A DNA stretch of 64,000 bases from assembly GCA_965261595.1 (NCBI GenBank), contig CBDHDG010000006.1, positions 640,001 to 704,000 of the forward strand. The letters run 5' to 3'. The notes beneath the pieces are model-generated. The model worked only from the letters and a program-made list of their open reading frames with translations. It was not told the DNA's origin and did not search any database. Every line of letters starts with the position of its first letter. Position 1 is the stretch's first letter. Position numbers and translations under genes: made by a program. This DNA is from a bacterium (GTDB taxonomy: Bacteria; UBA8248; JACPRG01; G963555815). This document shows positions 62,301 to 64,000 of this stretch, piece after piece.

Positions 62301-63094
62301 GCCGAACTCCCCTGAGTGTGCCGGTATAGCTGGGTTTTCAAGGGATTGCGGCTTTAGGACGGCCGTTGCCCCTCGATTGAGCAGAGGGTTCTGCAAAGAG
62401 ACCCTGAATCTGTAGTAAAATGGGGTACTTTGATGACACAGGAGGACCGCAGGATGGCTAAGAGTGGTCATCTGGGAAATCCCGGTTTAAATCAAGACAA
62501 CTCTTGTGTTGACCACCCGTTGCTCTTTAACTCAATTAGAGCCCTCTTTACCGGGGCTGTCAACACCATTTCGGGCGCCTGAAACCCTGATCGGAGCGGT
62601 ATCCGCCATTGGAAAACCATGTCAGCGCCGGCGTGTAAACGGGCTTGACCACCAGGTTTGGAGTCTTCGTCATTTTGCCCTTGTGTGGACTCCGCTTAGG
62701 GTCGCTAGACAGGCACCGGGCATCATCGCTTGATTCTCTCCAAGATAAGGGCAAATGTCTTCCTGGATACACCGACCTCGGCCAACTGGAAGGTGATGTG
62801 GCGGGCGTACCGCACGAGCCGGCCGCCCATTTTGAGGAGCTTAAGCTGAAGGCCGCGTAACGACCAGTGCTTGATCCCTCTCGGCAGGCCAGCAATCCCG
62901 CATCCGAAGTCATTCTGGTTCCGTGAAACTCAAGCCTCAGCCGACGCTCAAAACGGACCTTCAACGCCCACTTTTTCGCTTCACCCATTGGATTACCCCG
63001 CGAGAGGATGGCTCGGGGAGGCTCATGCATTGATTTTACTCCAGAAAATGTCCTCCGGTCCGACAAAAGTTATGATCCATATGGGATATCTGGG
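59383..63094 (+). mobile_element. IS1380-family transposition unit, copy 2, interrupted by IS3 element B
   Basis: Same ends and tail as 43607-45908; TSD ATAAA; additional +2 frameshift near 59870. Confidence 0.93.
60052..61455 (-). mobile_element. IS3-family element B (intact orfA; orfB with WGTD)
   Basis: 1404 bp; 4-bp TSD CAAC inside the IS1380 transposase. Confidence 0.95.
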
Positions 63095-63270
63095 ATAAAG
63101 AGCGTTGCTTCCGCCTCTGGCTCGCCGAGAAGTCCGTCCGTGAAATGTGGAATGAAATGAGGCGGGAAATCTTGGAAAGCTCCATTCGAAGTTGGGTCAC
63201 GGATTGGGAGAGGGGCAAACAAGGAAGCTGGATCCCAAAGACCAAAGAGCATGGCTCAGAGGCTATAGCC

Positions 63271-63408
63271 GTAACCCTGATTTTCGCATACGGCTCAAAT
63301 CTCGACTGTGCACAGATGCGGGGCCGCTGTCCATCAGCTAGGTTTCATTGCATTGCGAAGCTCAAGGATCACCGGCTCGCGTTTCCCCGGAAATCCAAGA
63401 AAAGGAAT
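63271..63408 (+). pseudogene. Gamma-glutamylcyclotransferase N-terminal fragment interrupted by IS1595
   Basis: 'LIFAYGSNLDCAQMRGRCPSARF..IAKLKDHRLAF'. Confidence 0.75.
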
Positions 63409-63464
63409 CGTGATTATATACTTGACAAAGTGAGCCACAATATGTATATTTAGAGCATGAACAA

Positions 63465-63620
63465 TTACTCAACAACCTTATCCTTCTCGGACCTATCGGC
63501 AACAACTTTGTCGACCTCTTCCATGACTTCTTTTCCAAAAATGCACTCCATGAGGTCATGGTTGTCTTTCTCCAGAACGTCATCCGGCAATGTCTTTTTC
63601 TTGGGAGATTTTTGATCCAT
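63465..63620 (-). CDS. Small conserved IS1595-associated protein (51 aa)
   Basis: MDQKSPKKKTLPDDVLEKDNHDLMECIFGKEVMEEVDKVVADRS...; homolog of 42910-43068. Confidence 0.6.
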   Translation of the reverse strand: MDQKSPKKKTLPDDVLEKDNHDLMECIFGKEVMEEVDKVVADRSEKDKVVE

Positions 63621-64000
63621 GGAAAACCTCATATCCTTGATTGACAAATTCAACTGCGATGACAAATGCCGTGAGGCTCTTGAGGCAATACGCTGGCCCG
63701 CTGGCGTTTGGTGCACCCGTTGTGGCGACCTAAACGTACTTGAACTGACCAAGCATAATAGGTGGGAATGTAAATCATGCGGCTACCAGTTCAGCGTTAC
63801 GGCTGGAACCATTATGCACGATTCCCACCTCCCGTTGCGCAAGTGGTTTATCGCTATCTACCTCATGTGTGAGTCCAAAAAGGGCATTTCCGCCAACCAA
63901 ATGAAGCGGACGCTTGGCGTTTCCTACAAAACGGCTTGGTATCTCTGCCACCGAATCCGCCAAGCGATGGGAAACGATCCCTTTGAAGGCCCTACGCTTG
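63619..64000 (+). CDS. IS1595-family transposase, partial
   Basis: MENLISLIDKF...'IRWPAGVWCTRCG', 'FSVTAGTIMHDSHLPLRKWF', 'KKGISANQ', 'TAWYLCHRIR'. Confidence 0.92.
   Translation, partial: MENLISLIDKFNCDDKCREALEAIRWPAGVWCTRCGDLNVLELTKHNRWECKSCGYQFSVTAGTIMHDSHLPLRKWFIAIYLMCESKKGISANQMKRTLGVSYKTAWYLCHRIRQAMGNDPFEGPTL

Larger units (their letters stand above)
63409..64000 (+). mobile_element. IS1595-family element, left part (runs off window)
   Basis: Left end CGTGATTATATACTTGACA; promoter 63422-63450. Confidence 0.85.

Overview
GC-rich bacterial chromosomal window in which housekeeping and catabolic genes alternate with a heavily IS-invaded accessory fraction. Core genes: moaC-PIN/TRAM-ispD-ispF-cysS-rlmB, glcDEF, bdhA, carD, nth, tag, tRNA-Arg(CCG), an ECF sigma/anti-sigma/Spy-like module, a UbiD decarboxylase, amidohydrolases and a nitrilase. 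Accessory content: (i) a toxin-antitoxin cassette (VapBC45-like, hicA remnant, hicB) bracketed by an 87-bp duplication of an amidohydrolase 3' end; (ii) a decayed ybjT-photolyase-ybgA island next to the tRNA; (iii) a BamHI/BglII-like R-M pair with both genes IS-disrupted; (iv) an IS1595 element carrying a methyltransferase-HNH fusion; (v) a disrupted PNPOx-PNPOx-GAF histidine kinase module; (vi) more than a dozen IS copies or remnants (two IS3-family types, IS1595, IS1380), several nested. Most notable: a conserved, bidirectionally open ~160-bp module at the left end of two diverged IS1595 elements, where a small antisense gene shares one CATG with the transposase start; an IS1380 unit that moved twice using a captured distal end; and an IS3-type element with a non-canonical 5'-TC left end and an IRR-G-IRL tandem dimer. 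All calls come from reading the sequence and recalled family motifs; no searches were run. Some frameshifts in G/C runs may be sequencing errors.
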